Assembly (NCBI GenBank): GCA_964478465.1
Contig: CAYZIG010000001.1
Span: 1-40,794 of the forward strand
Length of the DNA: 40,794 nucleotides
Source: an uncultured Candidatus Saccharibacteria bacterium
GTDB taxonomy: Bacteria; Patescibacteriota; Minisyncoccia; Phycocordibacterales; CAIZLB01
Direction of reading: 5' to 3'
A program made the position numbers and the translations under genes. Under the pieces are notes generated by a model. That model made no database searches and was not told the origin of the DNA. It worked only from the letters and a program-made list of their open reading frames with translations. Below are positions 40,604 to 40,794 of this stretch, piece after piece. Each line of letters starts with the position of its first letter. The stretch's first letter is position 1.

Positions 40604-40794
40604 CTTCTTATTTTATTTTAAATCATTTATAACGATTTTTATTCTTTGTTCGAGTATTTTATCAATCTTTGTTTTTAAATTGTTTTAAATTATGTTGCAG
40701 TAGTCTATTTTTTTATTTTAAATACTATTCAGCACTAACTTTGTTTTTTATTTTGCATTATTTTTACTATTTTTATTCTATATTAAAATATTCT

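Noticed and set aside
536-40794. All plus-strand ORFs in the track (for example 536-775, 3651-3872, 10677-11024, 20124-20537, 25515-26048, 29666-30145)
   Set aside because: Each lies antisense inside a longer, motif-supported minus-strand gene. Their products are low-complexity F/L/S/I-rich strings typical of the reverse complement of K/E/N-rich genes, and none has a Shine-Dalgarno sequence.
1-40794. CRISPR array, diversity-generating retroelement, retron or toxin-antitoxin pair
   Set aside because: There are no regularly spaced repeats with unique spacers. No reverse-transcriptase-like ORF or template/variable repeat pair lies near the fibre genes. No recognisable toxin fold occurs apart from the patatin gene discussed above.

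Overview
AT-rich 40.8 kb window that reads as one essentially complete genome of a tailed, non-contractile (siphovirus-type) phage or prophage. Every credible gene is on the minus strand, with 1-13 nt overlaps and GGAGG-type ribosome-binding sites. All family names are motif and synteny calls made by eye, with no database search.

Gene order in transcription direction (high to low coordinates):
- Small unknown ORFs.
- A nucleotide/DNA-metabolism cluster: VRR-NUC nuclease, MazG-like protein, a start-less ASCH-like ORF, two micro-ORFs, a metallophosphoesterase, a DUF4406 deoxyribosyltransferase-like protein, a SEC-C mini-protein and a DUF5664 dNTP-pyrophosphatase-like protein.
- A 426-bp repeat-rich non-coding region.
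- An orphan DNA methyltransferase and a XerC/D-type tyrosine recombinase.
- Terminase small and large subunits, a portal fused to a Mu F-like domain, and a Mu G-like protein.
- An atypical ~7 kb block: signal-peptide mini-proteins, a patatin-like phospholipase, two paralogous fibre proteins with signal-peptide-like N-termini, barrel-like and secreted proteins, and an XhlA-like protein plus a candidate endolysin.
- Protease/scaffold, decoration protein, lambda E-like major capsid protein and connectors.
- Three tandem paralogous tail-tube genes and a G/GT chaperone pair with an A10 -1 frameshift site.
- A Spherulin-4-like glycoside hydrolase wedged in front of the tape measure, then two distal tail proteins and a strong terminator.
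- An early operon: small ORFs, HTH proteins, a YqaJ exonuclease-RecT-SSB module, a GIY-YIG endonuclease, a DUF4373 replisome organizer with internal iterons, and a G39P-like loader cut by the window edge.

I saw no rRNA, tRNA, CRISPR array, reverse transcriptase or host housekeeping gene.

Most unusual observations:
- The patatin-containing secreted-protein and lysis block sits inside the head module.
- The nucleotide-metabolism cluster sits next to the methyltransferase.
- The tail-tube gene is triplicated.
- A polysaccharide hydrolase lies between the chaperones and the tape measure.
- Two A10 tracts sit at positions where recoding would make sense.
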